Assembly (NCBI GenBank): GCA_051294375.1
Contig: CM119264.1
Coordinates: 27,045,879 to 27,109,878, forward strand
Direction of reading: 5' to 3'
From: Paraspadella gotoi
Taxonomy: Eukaryota; Animalia; Chaetognatha
DNA: 64,000 nt
Shown: positions 1 through 16,009 of the stretch, one piece after another
How positions within the stretch are numbered: the first letter of the stretch is position 1
Layout of the letters: each line of letters opens with the position of its first letter
The notes under the pieces: generated by a model
Database searches by the model: none
Seen by the model: the letters and a program-made list of their open reading frames with translations, nothing else
What the model was told of the DNA's origin: nothing
Program-made: the position numbers and the translations under genes

Positions 1-368
1 TTTTCTCCTCTCTTCGTGTCTCTTTCCCTTCATTGTTCGATGTGTAAAAGGGGGTTAGAGAGAGGGGAAAGAGAGAGAGAGAGAGAGAGAAGACGAGAGA
101 GAGGTGAAAGGGCCGGGAGCGACGGGTGGGGGAGAGAGAGAGAGAGCGAGAGAGAGAGAGAGAGAGATAGATTCTCTGCACAAATTGCCCATCCCTGTTC
201 TCGCCTTTTGGTTGTTTATTCCTGATCATTTATGTTTTTAAAAAGTAACTGTTTTTGACTCTCTCTTTATTTTTCAACTCTTTCTTTTTATATTTTTCAC
301 TTTTCTCCTCTCCTTTGCTTCCCCCTCTCCTTTCCCTCAACATGATGATGTAATTTCTCTCTCTCTCT

Positions 369-420
<52 letters not shown>

Positions 421-453
421 TCTCTTCTCTCCTCTCACTTTTTCCTTTCCCAA

Positions 454-2908
<2,455 letters not shown>

Positions 2909-2975
2909 CTGCACGTGGGCGGAAAGAAGAAAACGGGAGAAAGAGAGAGAAAAAGCAGTTGGTCGTCCTTTTAGA

Positions 2976-3037
<62 letters not shown>

Positions 3038-3102
3038 CAGGCCAGACGATTCCGAGCGTGTGGCGAGTGCGTGTATGTGCGTCTGTCTCTCTCTCTCCTC
3101 TC

Positions 3103-3140
<38 letters not shown>

Positions 3141-3939
3141 CTTCTCTCTCTCCTCTCTCTCTCTCTCTCTCGCCTCAATCTCGGTCCTCCATGGCAAAAG
3201 AGAAAGTCGACACTAATCTCCGATCGCGAAGGAAGAGAGAAGACAACAATTTTCCCTTCGTTTCAAAATTTAAAAAAAAAATTATACGATAAATTCAAAG
3301 TTTGGAAAAAGAAAAATGGAGGACAAAGCTACGTATATTTCTGTCTCTATCGCTCAAACTCTGTCTTTATCTTTTTCTTTTCTATATTTTCGTATTTTTT
3401 TCCGTTTTCTTTTTCTTTTTAGTCTTTCTTTCTCAGTATCTTGCTCTCTGTCGCTCTATCCTTATCCCTCTTTCTTTTTTCGCTTCTCTCTGTCCGTCTC
3501 CTGTCACATTCTCATCTAACCTTTTTCATTTTTCTAATCTCATCTCATCTAACCTTTTTCTCATCCAACCTTTTTCTATGCTCACTTGTCTCCGCTCTTT
3601 GTCATCTGATTACTAGACTCAAGAGTTTCCGCGAAATCCGATTCCATATTGATTCAATTTTGATTCCATTTCATTTTCATCTCATTTTCCCCGATTTTAA
3701 CCAAATTTTCGCGCCAATTTTAACTTTCTTTCGAGCCGATTCTCTCTTTTCGCGCAGATCTCATCTCGATTTCAACTCTATTTTCGTGCCGTTTGTAAAA
3801 CCCTATTTTAGCGCCGATTCTAACCTTATTTTCGCAAGGATTCCAAACCCGATTACTTTTCGTCGATTCCTACGTTGGACTTTCGCTCACTTTTCGCTCT
3901 CCTAATCTCACTCTCTCTTTCTCTCTTTGCCCTTCCCAG

Positions 3940-5889
3940 AGACTTGTCCCCTCCAGGCTTTTTGGGGCAGTTGACGCCGCGACGCCCGAAGAGCCCGACT
4001 CCGCCCCGGCGCCCGGCGCCCGCCGCCCGAATTCGCCCGTCGCCGCTCGCAGATTATTTGCGGGAGACGATGACGAGGACGACTCTCGGCGTCGGCATCT
4101 GTTGTTCAGCTTCTTTCTGAAGAATCCCAACACGGTCTTACGTTAATCGACAACAAACAACAAAGACAACAACAAAATTAATAAACATTTCACACCAAAA
4201 AAAAAAATATTAACATCTTTTTTTTTTTCATGGTTTAATAAAAAAAAAAAAAGATACTTAACAAATTCGTTGACGTGAAAAACGTGAATTTTGGATGTTT
4301 CCTCTAAAAAAGTTGACCACATTTTAAATCCCTCTATTCTTACCTCTGCTGCCCTCTATCGTCGCCGGAAGCGATCGTTCCAAACGAAAGTTAACGAACA
4401 AAAAAAAAAAAACGAAATAAACAAAAGAAAGAACAATTAATTCCAACTCTTTTTTCTTTAAAACGATTTTATTTATATCTTTTTTCCAATTCGTTTTTTT
4501 TTTAATATTTCGTCTCGTGACTTTTAACACAAAAGATCTGGAGAATTCTCTCTCTCTCTCTCTTTTTCTAAAAAAAAATAAAGTCTTCCCCGTTCCTGGA
4601 GATTTTCAACTTTATTGCCATATAAACAAAACAAAACAATAGTTTCTTTAGTTCCTTCCTGTTTCGTTTGTTTCTCGTAGAGGCGAAAACAGGACTTCTT
4701 TTTGTTTTCTTTCCCGCTTTTTTGTCGTCGAAGCCAAAAAAAAACGATATTTCTAGTCTCTTTTTCTTTTTTTGATCGGCAACTTAATTTGCTAAGATAG
4801 AAGCAAAGAATTAAAAAATCCAATTCCGACAACCGCGTATAATTCTGTCTTTCATCGAATAGAACCCAAATCTCAGTTTGCTTGTAACGGCATCGAACCG
4901 CGAAAACTCTCCCCCCCCTCTCGTCTCACAGACACATAACTGAGTTTTCCTCGCGGTCCTGTTCCCCCATCCCTCTAATCGCTAAGCAACAAAAAGAACC
5001 GTTTTCCCTGTAAAAAAAAAACACAAACAAAAAACTAATACATACGACGGAGGGACGGTAACTTTGTTAGCTTATAAAATCGCCGTTTGACGTTGAAATT
5101 TGTTCCCTCTTTGTACAGTATTTAATTTAAAAAAAAAAAAGAACCCTCTCTCTTTGCACATTAATTTTCATAGACTTCACCGTCTTAGGAAAAAAAAACT
5201 TTTTTTTTTGTGTTTTTACTGAAAATTTTTTTAAAGCAAAGCAAACAAATGAACTGAAGCTACAACAACAACAACAACCAACGAATTTAACATCAGAAAG
5301 AAAAAAAAGACAAAGAATCCAAGCGACATTTATTTTGCATAATCGAACGAGAGAGCCAACGCCAACGACGGTCTCACAGAAAAAAAGCCTAGCAACTTGT
5401 GAACTAAACCAAAAAAAAAAAAAAGAATACAATTTCGAATCTTAGCCAAAAAGAGATTTTTACGAAACCTACTAAAAAGATTTCCATCCACGTTTTTAAC
5501 CGACGCTTTATTTATTCGCTTAAATTTAAAAAAAAAAATATTCTCCCCTTAACAAAACTAAATATCAGCACCCCCTCCACCGTCAATGGGTTCAGCACCG
5601 GGATATCAGTACTGAATCGACATTGAAGAACCTCGAAGATCAGGAAAAAGAAAAGAGGCAGCGGATTCTCCTCCGCACTGCCCCGCCGCAGCAGCGCAGC
5701 ACCTCCTTGATCTCGCCGCAGCAGCTGCAGCAGCCACAGTCGCCCCAGCACCGCGGCTTCCTCTCTCCAATTTTTTCAGTCTTCTCTGCCGCGGCTGAGG
5801 CTACGGCTGCGCGGATGCTCGTCGGCCTCTCGCCCCCTTCCTCCGAATCGTCATCGCCGTCGTCGTCGCCGTCGTCGTCTTTGAACTAA
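3940..5889 (+). CDS. Last two exons of a small, probably disordered regulatory protein with RxLF motifs; unknown function
   Basis: Exon 3940-4134 follows a polypyrimidine tract and CAG and reads RLVPSRLFGAVD...SPVAARRLFAGDDDEDD...FFLKNPNT. Exon 5569-5889 reads HPLHRQWVQ...AEATAARMLVGLSPPSS...LN*. The join is phase 0 but the donor (GTCTTA) is weak. Confidence 0.5.
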
Positions 5890-7599
5890 AAAGCGCACAC
5901 GCGTTGCGCGTACGAAGCCACGCCAGCGTCTCCGCCTCCGCCGCCGTCGCCGCCGTCACCGCTTAGTTCACGCAGCGGAGACGAGAGGAAAAAAAAAAAG
6001 GGAATCGCCGGAAATCGTCGTCGTCGTCATCGACTCGACGCCGTCTCCAAAAAAAAAAAAAATAGATTTCTAGTTTTCCTCGGGACGAAAAAGGCAGCGT
6101 TTCTCTGCGCGTGACCCCCAGGCACCCAAAGGGGCGAACCCAGAGCCACGCGGGGCACAAAGAGCCGGACGCGGCAACGACGAAAACAGCGACACGGACG
6201 GAGAGAACCAGAAAAACAAAGGGGCGACGATAACGACGCCTCTCTCGGCCGACGCCCGATACTCTCCGAGGCCTTGGTCTCTCCCGCTGGAGAGAAGCTA
6301 AGCCCCCGAATCCAAACCGCAGTCCACGGACGATTTGTCCTTGACTTAAGGATCTTTCGAAGAAAAAAAAAACCTCAGCTCCCGATTCTCCGTTCCCCCC
6401 CTTCTCCCCGTTTCCTACGAGATCAGATAGAGATAGAGAGAGACAGAGTGCGGGAGATCGATTCAAAAGGATTTTTGTTCGGTGTCCATATTTTATTTGA
6501 GAGTGGAACCACCTCTAATCCCTGACACAACGAGGCGCGATCGAAGAGTAGCAAAGTTCGCAGGACGAGTTTGGAAGGAAAAAATTATCATTTTTCGCGA
6601 AAAAGGCGAGAAGCGAGCGCCGCCTATCGAGAGAACGAGCACAACAACGACAACGACCACAACGACGACGAGAATGAGTTAAAGATTATCTGACGCGATT
6701 CCCGTTGGACGAAAAAAAAAAAAAAAAGAACAACTAATCAGGATCGTTGCAAATTCCAGTGTTGGTAGCTGTGTTGCGAGCGAGCGCGATTATCGGCATT
6801 CGCTAGGAGAGCCTCTGCAGGCCGAATCGAGAAACTAAAAAAGAAAATAAAAAACAAAACAACAATCGAGATTTAAAAAAAAAACAACCAAAAAAATAAA
6901 AATAGAAAAACAGTTGTCACGACTTAAAAAAAAATAAACTAACCCAAATCAGCCTATCAGCGAAGACGACCGTACGTTTTGGTAAGAGACAAAACGTCGG
7001 TCAAAAAAAACAAAAACAAAAAAACAGCCCAATCGCTGTCGATTTTAAGAAAAGACGAAAAGACCTATCAAAACATTGAAAACCAAAACACCGCCATGGG
7101 GAAATCAAAGAGCGGCGCGGCGCCCGTAAGTATTTTTTTTAATTTAATGTATGTCCCTTGAGACGAAGAGCGTATTTATATATCAAACTTGTTTATACAT
7201 ATAGATATAAGTATAAGTAAATGATTAAATCAATAGCTATTTCGTAGTAGGCCTTCTTCGTCGGTAGCGTTTCTCCTCATTCTTTCAACCAAGCAGAATT
7301 AGTAATTAATACGAACATCCCGATCTTTTCGCAAAAACCCCTGATTCCATCGACCACGCCCATTCAAAAACTCCCCCTGTTCCTTATTAAATAACCCCCC
7401 CTACCCATTTTCCAAATAAAAAACAAAAGACAATTTTCGATCGAAAATTCCTCGATTTTTCTCGAGATTTCGATTCGACAGAAAATCTGTCGCTCAAATC
7501 TGATTCCCTTTCGGTCGATGGATCGAGTCTCCCTTCTTCGATCCCCAGCGGCCCGCCCACGCCGGCCCCGAAGAGAGATGTAGGTTTTCAAGAGTCACT

Positions 7600-7728
<129 letters not shown>

Positions 7729-8899
7729 GTTTGCAACGAGAAGTCGAAGTTAAAATTCTAATTAATTTACTATTTTTGCGATTGACTGGTTTTCCTGTTG
7801 TAAACAAAATAATCTTTCTCTCATTCTCCCAATTTAAAGAAACTGATCACAACTCAAGAGAGAAACACCTCGACGCACGGCAACAGCACCACAGACAGTG
7901 TTCACTCTTCAGTGTTCACGATCACTCACTCGAGTTAGTCACGCTTGTTTGTAAACAATAATTTTCTCTATCGACGGGGTTGGGGAACGAAATATACAAC
8001 TGAAAATACAAGTTGAGAATATAACGAAAAAATTTTTTTTTAAAACTCGCACCCAAAATCAAGGCGAGAACCTGGCAGTAATTGTCGAAGTAAGAAAAAG
8101 TAAAGTAGGGTAAGGACAAAGGAGATAAAAAAGGAAAGGAAGATAACGTTAGAAATCATTGGAAGTAGAGTAAACTCAATTTATTGGGCCTAATGTTGAG
8201 GCGCCTGGATACGATATACCATCCATCACTACGAGAAAAGGAAAAGTGAAAGAGACAAGAAAGGAAAAGTAACGATTTAATTAAATAAAAGAACAATAAA
8301 AAGGAAAAAAGACTATTCGTCCGGTAAGAAAAAAATGCAAAGATTAAATTTTAGAAGAAAAAAAAATATAAGGGATGAAACCTTTTGACTGTACACCTCC
8401 TGGAGCTCTCGAACAAAAAAGAGAAGAGAAAAGAAAAAAAAAAGAAAGAAAGAAAAAAAGAAAAGAAAAGAGAATAGAGAGGTTTGACTTTGATGGATGA
8501 AGCGGAAAAGAAATCAGAGGTCAAACAGACCGAATAGCGAAGGTTGTGCTCGCGAAGAAATTTGAAATCATCTTGTCATTTATTTTTGAGAAATTTATCT
8601 ACATAATTAAGTCAGTATCTTTATTAAAGGTCGTCATTTTAGAATGTCTAATCTCTATTGATTTCTTAACGTCAAATTGCCAGTTGAGATAATATTCAAA
8701 ATTATTTTTTTTAATGAAATAATTTTTCCTTTCTTTTGAATTCTGGTTAATTATTTTCCTACGCTTATTTTATTTTATTTTTTTTTTTTTTGCGTTTGAA
8801 CTCAAATGGTTAATTTTGGAATTCGAAAAAGAATCTTTCAAAAATCCAAATTTTAATATTTTTAACAATGATCAATATAGTTTAGTTAGAGGTGAACAT

Positions 8900-8988
<89 letters not shown>

Positions 8989-9539
8989 ACTTGTAAGCCT
9001 GACGCAACGTTTACCGATTCAAATCTTGAGTGACTGAATAGATACAGAGTCACGAATTGTTTAAAATCTGAAAGTAAAATTTACGGTAGAATCACGAGTT
9101 GAGAAAGTCGATGCAATCCTCTCACAGATTGTAAATCCCAAAAAATTCTGTCTTAACTTCGTAAGCAATCGAGATTAGATCTCGGTTAGATTTGAGGTCG
9201 CATTAAGATTAGCATGTTTGTAAAAACGAGAGTGAACACTGAACACAATAAACAGTGAATTCAAACTCGTATGATAAGTCATGAATCGAGATTGTAAACG
9301 GAATGCTTAACAAAACATATATATTTTAAAACTAAATTATCAATCGTAAGCGCCATTTTAACTCGGAAGGTCTCATCTCTCATAGTCATAATCGTTTCCA
9401 TGACGACGCGCATTTGTTTTGTTTGTTTTTTTATGTTTTTTTGGTTTGATCTCGTTAGAGGGACGACAAAAAAAAAAAATAAAAGACGAACGCGCGGAGG
9501 CACAAACGCGATTATGAATACGAATGACGGCTGAGTTCA

Positions 9540-9603
9540 GTCACGTGACCATAGAGAGAATCGAAATGATTCACCGACAGTTTTTTTTTTCTTTCACTTT
9601 CAC
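9540..9603. promoter_or_regulatory. CLEAR/USF E-box (GTCACGTGAC, 9540-9549) and IRF-type site (CTTTCACTTTCAC, 9591-9603)
   Basis: Exact motif matches only; E-box copy at 22985-22994. Confidence 0.25.
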
Positions 9604-10533
9604 CGTTTCACAATTTGTGATAGTGCTTCCACTCGAGCTTCATCCACCACGGGGAAAGTTCTCCTTGACCCTTCCACACCCCCACCCTCCCTCCACAGTC
9701 GTTACGAGCCCCACAGGGTCTTTTTCCCTCCACATCGTGGTTTCACGTCGCGTACTCAATTAGGCGCCAAATTTATTACCACAAACCACCCGCTTTTTTT
9801 TTTCTCTTTTTTTTTTTTTCTTTCGCAGCAAAAATTTTTTTTGGTTTTCCCATTGTGCAAGATTTCAAGCTGGAAAGAACGCGTGCGACATATTGTGCGT
9901 TGCGTCTTGTTCGGACAGAGGAAAGAGAACAGATTTGTGAGGACAGAGGAAAGAGGACAAACTTGTGAGGACATAGGATTCTCGAGTGATCGTTACGGAA
10001 TTGTAATGAAAATATATGATGTCTTAAATTATTTTAACTTTTTAAAAAAAGAGAAATTTTAATCTTCGACGCGAGCGATTAACCTCGACGCAAAGAAAAA
10101 GTCGGTAAATATTTTTCGCTGTCGTAGAAATTAATCAGGAAAATAATTTAAAATTTAAATTTGCCATTTTTTTTTAAAGAAAAAAAAACATTCCTTCACG
10201 CTTCTTGCATAAAAAAGAAAGCGAGAGCTAATTTTTATTTTTTTTTAAACATTAAAATACAAAATTTTTAAAAAAGGGATAATTGAGATTTATGGTAGTC
10301 CGTGGTGGTACAAAAGTGGGTTTGGGTGGTTTAGGGAGCTCGAACCACCGCGCGGGGGCGTTTCGGAAGGGGGACTTCTGAGTGGTGAGACCAGATATAA
10401 AGGTTAAATACTCTGTGTTTAGCTTCGATGATGTGTTCTCGAAAAATAAAAGGACGGCGGTCTGACAAACCCATTCAACCAAAACATTCGTTATCAAAAA
10501 GAAAAAAAAAAGAAATAAAGTCTGGAACTCATT

Positions 10534-10629
<96 letters not shown>

Positions 10630-10803
10630 TTTACTATTTATCTTTAAAACGATTACGTTTCCGGGTTTTTTTCTTGTACTAAAATCGGTAACGAATTTTA
10701 AAAAGGCGGAGGTTTTGAGAAAAGTTTATTTCTGTTTTTTTTTTTTTTTTTTTAAATTTACTACAGGTTAAAGAGTAAAAAAAGTTGTTTATTTACGATT
10801 GCT

Positions 10804-10818
10804 GCCATTTTCCCGCCA
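10804..10818. promoter_or_regulatory. Overlapping YY1 (GCCATTTT) and E2F (TTTCCCGCCA) motifs in a promoter-like CpG patch
   Basis: GCCATTTTCCCGCCA, with a GTAAGT donor-like site at ~10859; copy at 24230-24244. Confidence 0.35.
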
Positions 10819-11915
10819 AGAAAATTGGCGACGGGGATGGCGCCGAATTTCGCCGGTCGTAAGTCTGTCGACAACAACCATTAAAAGGTTAACAAGTGAC
10901 AACTTGTTTTATGTTCAACATTGCTTTCATTTTTTGTTTTTTAGAAACTGTATCAAACGCCCTTAGTTTGGAATATATATAACGGTTGAAAACGTAACAA
11001 ATTCTACTAACTTAGAGTATTTTTTTTGAAAAACTTTAAAATCGGCTTTTATTTTAAATTTCAAAATATTTTAAAGTTATTTATAAATATTGGTTCTGAA
11101 AATAATCCAGTATTAGAATTACTAACGACAAAAGCGAATTAAATATATGTAAACAAGTTTTTTTATTTCTTCAGCTACTTTTCATTTCCTTAACCACCCC
11201 TTATTTCTTCTCCCCTCTCCTTACCTCAGCCCCTCCCCTCAAGAGATTCATAAATCAGCTGCTCGCGAAGTAAATCTTTCAAAAATGTTCAAAAATCCGG
11301 GGCTTCGCTGATTTAAGACGAGATTTAGATTTGGGCTTTTAACTCGTGATAATTCTTCCCCACTTATCAAGGCGGGCCCGATGCCGGAGTGGCGATGTGG
11401 GGTGCTGAGGAGGCCGCGGGGGTGGAGGGGGTGTTGAGCATTGGGGAAGGGGGGTTAACTAAGAGGCTTCCCCAAACCTGGAACCGAGAAATTTGACGAT
11501 GAAAAATCGAAACTGGAAAATTGCAAATCTGGTTATTTCATTTTCGGATGGAATCATGAGCCCAAAATAGGATCCCCCTCCATTTATTTCGAGGGAGTGA
11601 GAGGAAAGGGACGGGGGGCTTCAAAAGGCTAATAGGGTTATTTCGCTCTCAGTTTAAAAAAAGAGCGTAAATTTTGACAGAAACAAATGAGAATTTGAAG
11701 TTTTTTGACGAAAAGTTGACTCGTTAAAGAGAGGAGGGAGAGAGAGACTGAGCGACGAGAGAAGAGAGAGAGAGGGAGAAGAAGAGAGAGAAGAGGACGA
11801 GAGAGAGAGGAGAGAGAGAGAGAGACGACGAGAGAGAGAGAGAAGAGAAAGAGAGAAAATAGATAAGAGACCAGATATTAAGGTAAGAGAGAAGAAAGAC
11901 AAGAAACGGAATCTT

Positions 11916-11940
11916 NNNNNNNNNNNNNNNNNNNNNNNNN
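11916..11940. other. 25-N assembly gap (others at 25927-25951, 27133-27157, 43473-43497)
   Basis: All four gaps are exactly 25 N. The gaps at 27133 and 43473 have duplicated sequence on both sides. Confidence 0.98.
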
Positions 11941-11983
11941 AGGAAAAAATCCATCGTCGTATTTCCATCGGAGAAAACAAATG

Positions 11984-12032
<49 letters not shown>

Positions 12033-12162
12033 TGTGTGTCGATCGGGTTTAACGAAATCCCAGATGAGCGAAAGTCTAGAAAATCAGTCCAAACGAAAAT
12101 CCCTCCTCGCAAAATATTTACTCGACTATCCTTTCTAGTTTTTTTTTTTGTTAGAAAGAGAG

Positions 12163-12268
<106 letters not shown>

Positions 12269-13389
12269 AGAATAGATAGAGACAGATATAAGGTAAGAGA
12301 GAAAGACAAGAAACGGAATCTTTAACAAGGAGCTAAAAATTGTCTTCATATTTTTTTTTCTAAATCAATTTGCATTAAAATATTTCTCGAATTAACGCGA
12401 GCCGGAAGCAGGGCCTTATCCCCTCTTGTCCCAGTATCAATTTATAATAATATCAACATCAATTTTCATAACAAAAGGAACAAAATACACTCAATCAAAT
12501 TCAATAAATTCGGATTTAGGAAAAAAATGAAAAAAAGTTGGTTGAGCGCTCGCGAGCCGAAGGCGAATTTCGGTTGGTTTCGGTTTTTTTTTTTGTTTTT
12601 TTTTTTGTTTACAAAAAATCAGCTTCTCAAATTTGATAAGATCTAATTTTTTTTTTTTTTGGGGGGGGGGGTCGGGGAGACGCAAAACTGGGTTTTTTTT
12701 CTTTTTCTTTTTTTTTTTTCAATCACCCTAAGGCCTATATCTTCTTGTTCAAATATTTGTTATGTTTTTATCGTTTCATTACTCTTCTAAATTTTGAATA
12801 TGCTTATAACTCGATCAAATAGAAGGAATAAATGGAAGTAAATAGGAATTTTAAGGTGGATTATTTATACTTTGCAAGTTTTTCAGGTACTTTTTTAATG
12901 TTAAAAATTTCATGTCACAGTTCCTTCGTTAACTGTCTGAAAAAAAAATTGGGTGCAAAGAATAACAAAATTTTAAACTTCAAAAAAACTAATTTTAATC
13001 TTGTTTTTTTGAATTTGAAAGAAAAAAAAGGTTTTGTGTCATTACAACTGTATGAACTATGAACTGTGAGGAGTGAGGCTCCAAGCGAAAGAGTATTAAA
13101 ATTTGTTTCCTAAATTCCTGATAATTTTGGGCTTTGAGACCTTGCGCAACTTCCCCTGCAATTAGCTCCACCCATCACTTTTTGGATTTCTACCGTCCGT
13201 TGATAAGCTTTTTATTTTATAATTATAATAACGTGAGCTCCTCTCTCGACCTTCTCAATCCGCCAAAGATCTTTATATGTTTTCTCTCCTTTCTCTTTCT
13301 CTTTCTATTTCTCTTTCTCTCCTTCTTATCTTTTTTTATTCCTCTTTCTGCCAAAATCATCTCACTTCAGATATGTATATTCTTCTCTC

Positions 13390-13495
13390 CTACCACCTTG
13401 ATCCACCCATCTACCAGCTTCATCTGCGTCTACACCCTCTCCTCCACAACCCCTTCTACACCCCACCATCTCCAACCACCATCTACACCCCCCAG
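13390..13495 (+). repeat. C-rich degenerate ~12-13-nt tandem repeat (CCATCT[AC]CA[AC]C)
   Basis: Repeated CCATCTACAC/CCATCTCCAAC; copies at ~26670-26765 and ~42530-42622. Confidence 0.6.
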
Positions 13496-13624
13496 GTCGA
13501 AGGCCCACTTTTATCTCCTCCTTTTCACTTCGTTTTTCCTTCTCCTATTTATTTTTTTTTCTTTCACCCTTTTTGCTTCTTTTTTTTCTCAAGATCGTAA
13601 CTTCTTACAACTTACTCGTTGGAA

Positions 13625-13670
<46 letters not shown>

Positions 13671-13882
13671 TTCGTCGTCGTCGTCGTCGTCGTCTTTTAA
13701 ATTAAGGACGGCAAATAGGGCCTCCGTTTATTTTAGACTCGTTTCCATTTTGCTGGTTAAGTTCCGTCTTTGTGTCGGCAGATTTTTTTCTCAGTTTTGA
13801 TTTTTTTTTCTTTATCAACCGACTTAATATAATTTCCTTATGTGTAAATAAAAATACTATAGCCGCATAGCGGCCTAGCCGA

Positions 13883-13955
<73 letters not shown>

Positions 13956-16009
13956 ATTCGACTCGTCCCAAGAATATAAAACCTTTTTCTTCTTCACTGA
14001 AAAATCAATCAGTTTTTTTTTTCTTTCGATTCACAGTCTGGTTTTCACCGTCTCGCTTTTGAGATTCAACGATTCAAAGCAAAATATATTTTTTTTTTAT
14101 TTATTTATTTATAATTTATTAAATTTACTAAATATATGAATCTTTTTTAACAGTATAAATTAAATATAATAATAAAACTTCTTTCTTCAGTTTCTTGAAT
14201 AAACAAGGCGTCTGGATGCGTTACAAAATAAATGATTAACGGACCTCCGACGGGCGAGAGAGAACTTCTCACCATATGGTTCTGGTTTATTGTGTATGAA
14301 TTATTCTTTCTTTCTTTCTTTCTTTCTTTCTCTCTCTCTATCTTTCCAAATCGAAAATGAGATTATTTCAATTTCTTCTTCTTTTTTTTCTCCTTCGTCG
14401 AGAGAAGAACGATTGACGACAAAATTTCTTTTTTATTATTTTTTCTTTTTTTTTTCATAATCACATTTTTTTTTCCCCTTTTTTTCCCTTTTTTTTTTTT
14501 ACTTTTCAACTTCCCCCCCCCGTTCCCATTTTTTTTAGTCTTCCAATTCTCTATCCACGAAAAAAAAGCTTTTTCATTTTCGAATTTTTGACATCGTCCT
14601 TAAAAAATCGATTTTGATTTCGAAGACTCCGCTGACGGTTTCTGTTTTTCTCTCATTTATTTTTCTTTTTCTTTTACTTTTTTTTCTTTTAATTTTTCGC
14701 TCCGTTTTTCCTTTTCTTCTCGCGTCTTAACGGATTTTTATGTTTCTTGGCCATCTCCCGGTAAACTGGTCCCACCCGTCCCCGATCACCTGATCCCTGT
14801 CCTCTAGTCCCGGTCCTCCTGGTCCCCTGTCCGAAACGCGCGTCGTTGATGATGGATATCTTTTTTTTCGCACGACCCAATTCTGAATCCGGAGGCGAGA
14901 GTTCGCTGCGGGGAAGAACTCGAAAAAAAATGTTGGTTGGTTGTAACGTAATTTTCTTCAATTTTTAATTTTATTTTTATTTTTATTTTTTGCCTTTTTT
15001 AATTTTTTTTCTTTTTTTTCTTTTCTTTCTTTTCTTTTCTTTTCTTTTCTTTTCTTTTTTACTCGTTGTCCTGTCTATTATATAACCTTTCCTTTATTAA
15101 ATTCAAACTCCTTTCTCTCACCTAATTGAATTTTACATATTCTTTTTTTTTCAATTTTTGTCCAAACCTTTGTCTCGGTTTAAACATTAAAAAAAAAAAA
15201 ACTAAAATAAGTCGATTGATAAGTCGTGTAAAATTTTTTCAAAATTTTTTTCTTCGTTTGCTCGCCGCTCTATTATATATATATATCTAAAAAATTATAT
15301 AATTTATAGAAAAGTTTTAAATGAATTTCAACAACGATTCATTGAAAATCTCAACCAAACGAAACAAAGGATTATAATATCAAATTATAAGTTATAATTT
15401 TTATTAACCAGATTTTTTCAAATCTCATTTGCTATTACAGTCCGTCGTGAATCACGCATAATAAAGTAGAAGGTATCGATTGGAATCGAATAAAAACGAA
15501 ATACATTGTAAGGGAAGAAAAAAATACTGTGTTCAGTATTCATGTGTTTTTAGCTTCTTTTTTTTATTTCTTTTTTTTTTTTTGGCTTTTGTGCACGATA
15601 TACATCGATACGGCAAAAAATTGGGAGCAACCTTCGCCGTGACGCTAACATTGTTACGTTTTTCGCAAATGTTTTTAAGGACGCGAGACAGACGCTACGA
15701 CGACGACGACGCGACGACGACGCACGACGACGATCTAACCCAGCCACTCGTACCGCGCACCGGTCGAGCGCAATTCCCGACATGTCGACCTCTCGTTATC
15801 TGAGTGACCGTTTTGTCTTCTTTTTCAGTTTTCGTTCGCTTTTCAATTTTTTGTTTCGTTTTTTTTTTCACTTCGCACATTTTTTTATCTTAATTTTTTG
15901 GCGCCTCAAAACTCACCACTCGATCACCGAGCGGACATCTTCTGGTTTTGGATGAAAGTACTAAATCGAACACGAAAAAACAAAAGAACCGCGATTTTTT
16001 ATAAATAAA

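Noticed and set aside
5892-5913. Alternating purine-pyrimidine run (GCGCACACGCG..GCGCGTACG) as a Z-DNA site linked to the Z-alpha gene
   Set aside because: It is short, interrupted and far from the gene; no link can be supported.
13862-13878. GCCGC-ATA-GCGGC hairpin followed by CTAG (canonical Helitron 3' end?)
   Set aside because: There is no spacer between the hairpin and CTAG, no following T, and no identifiable 5' TC end or empty site.
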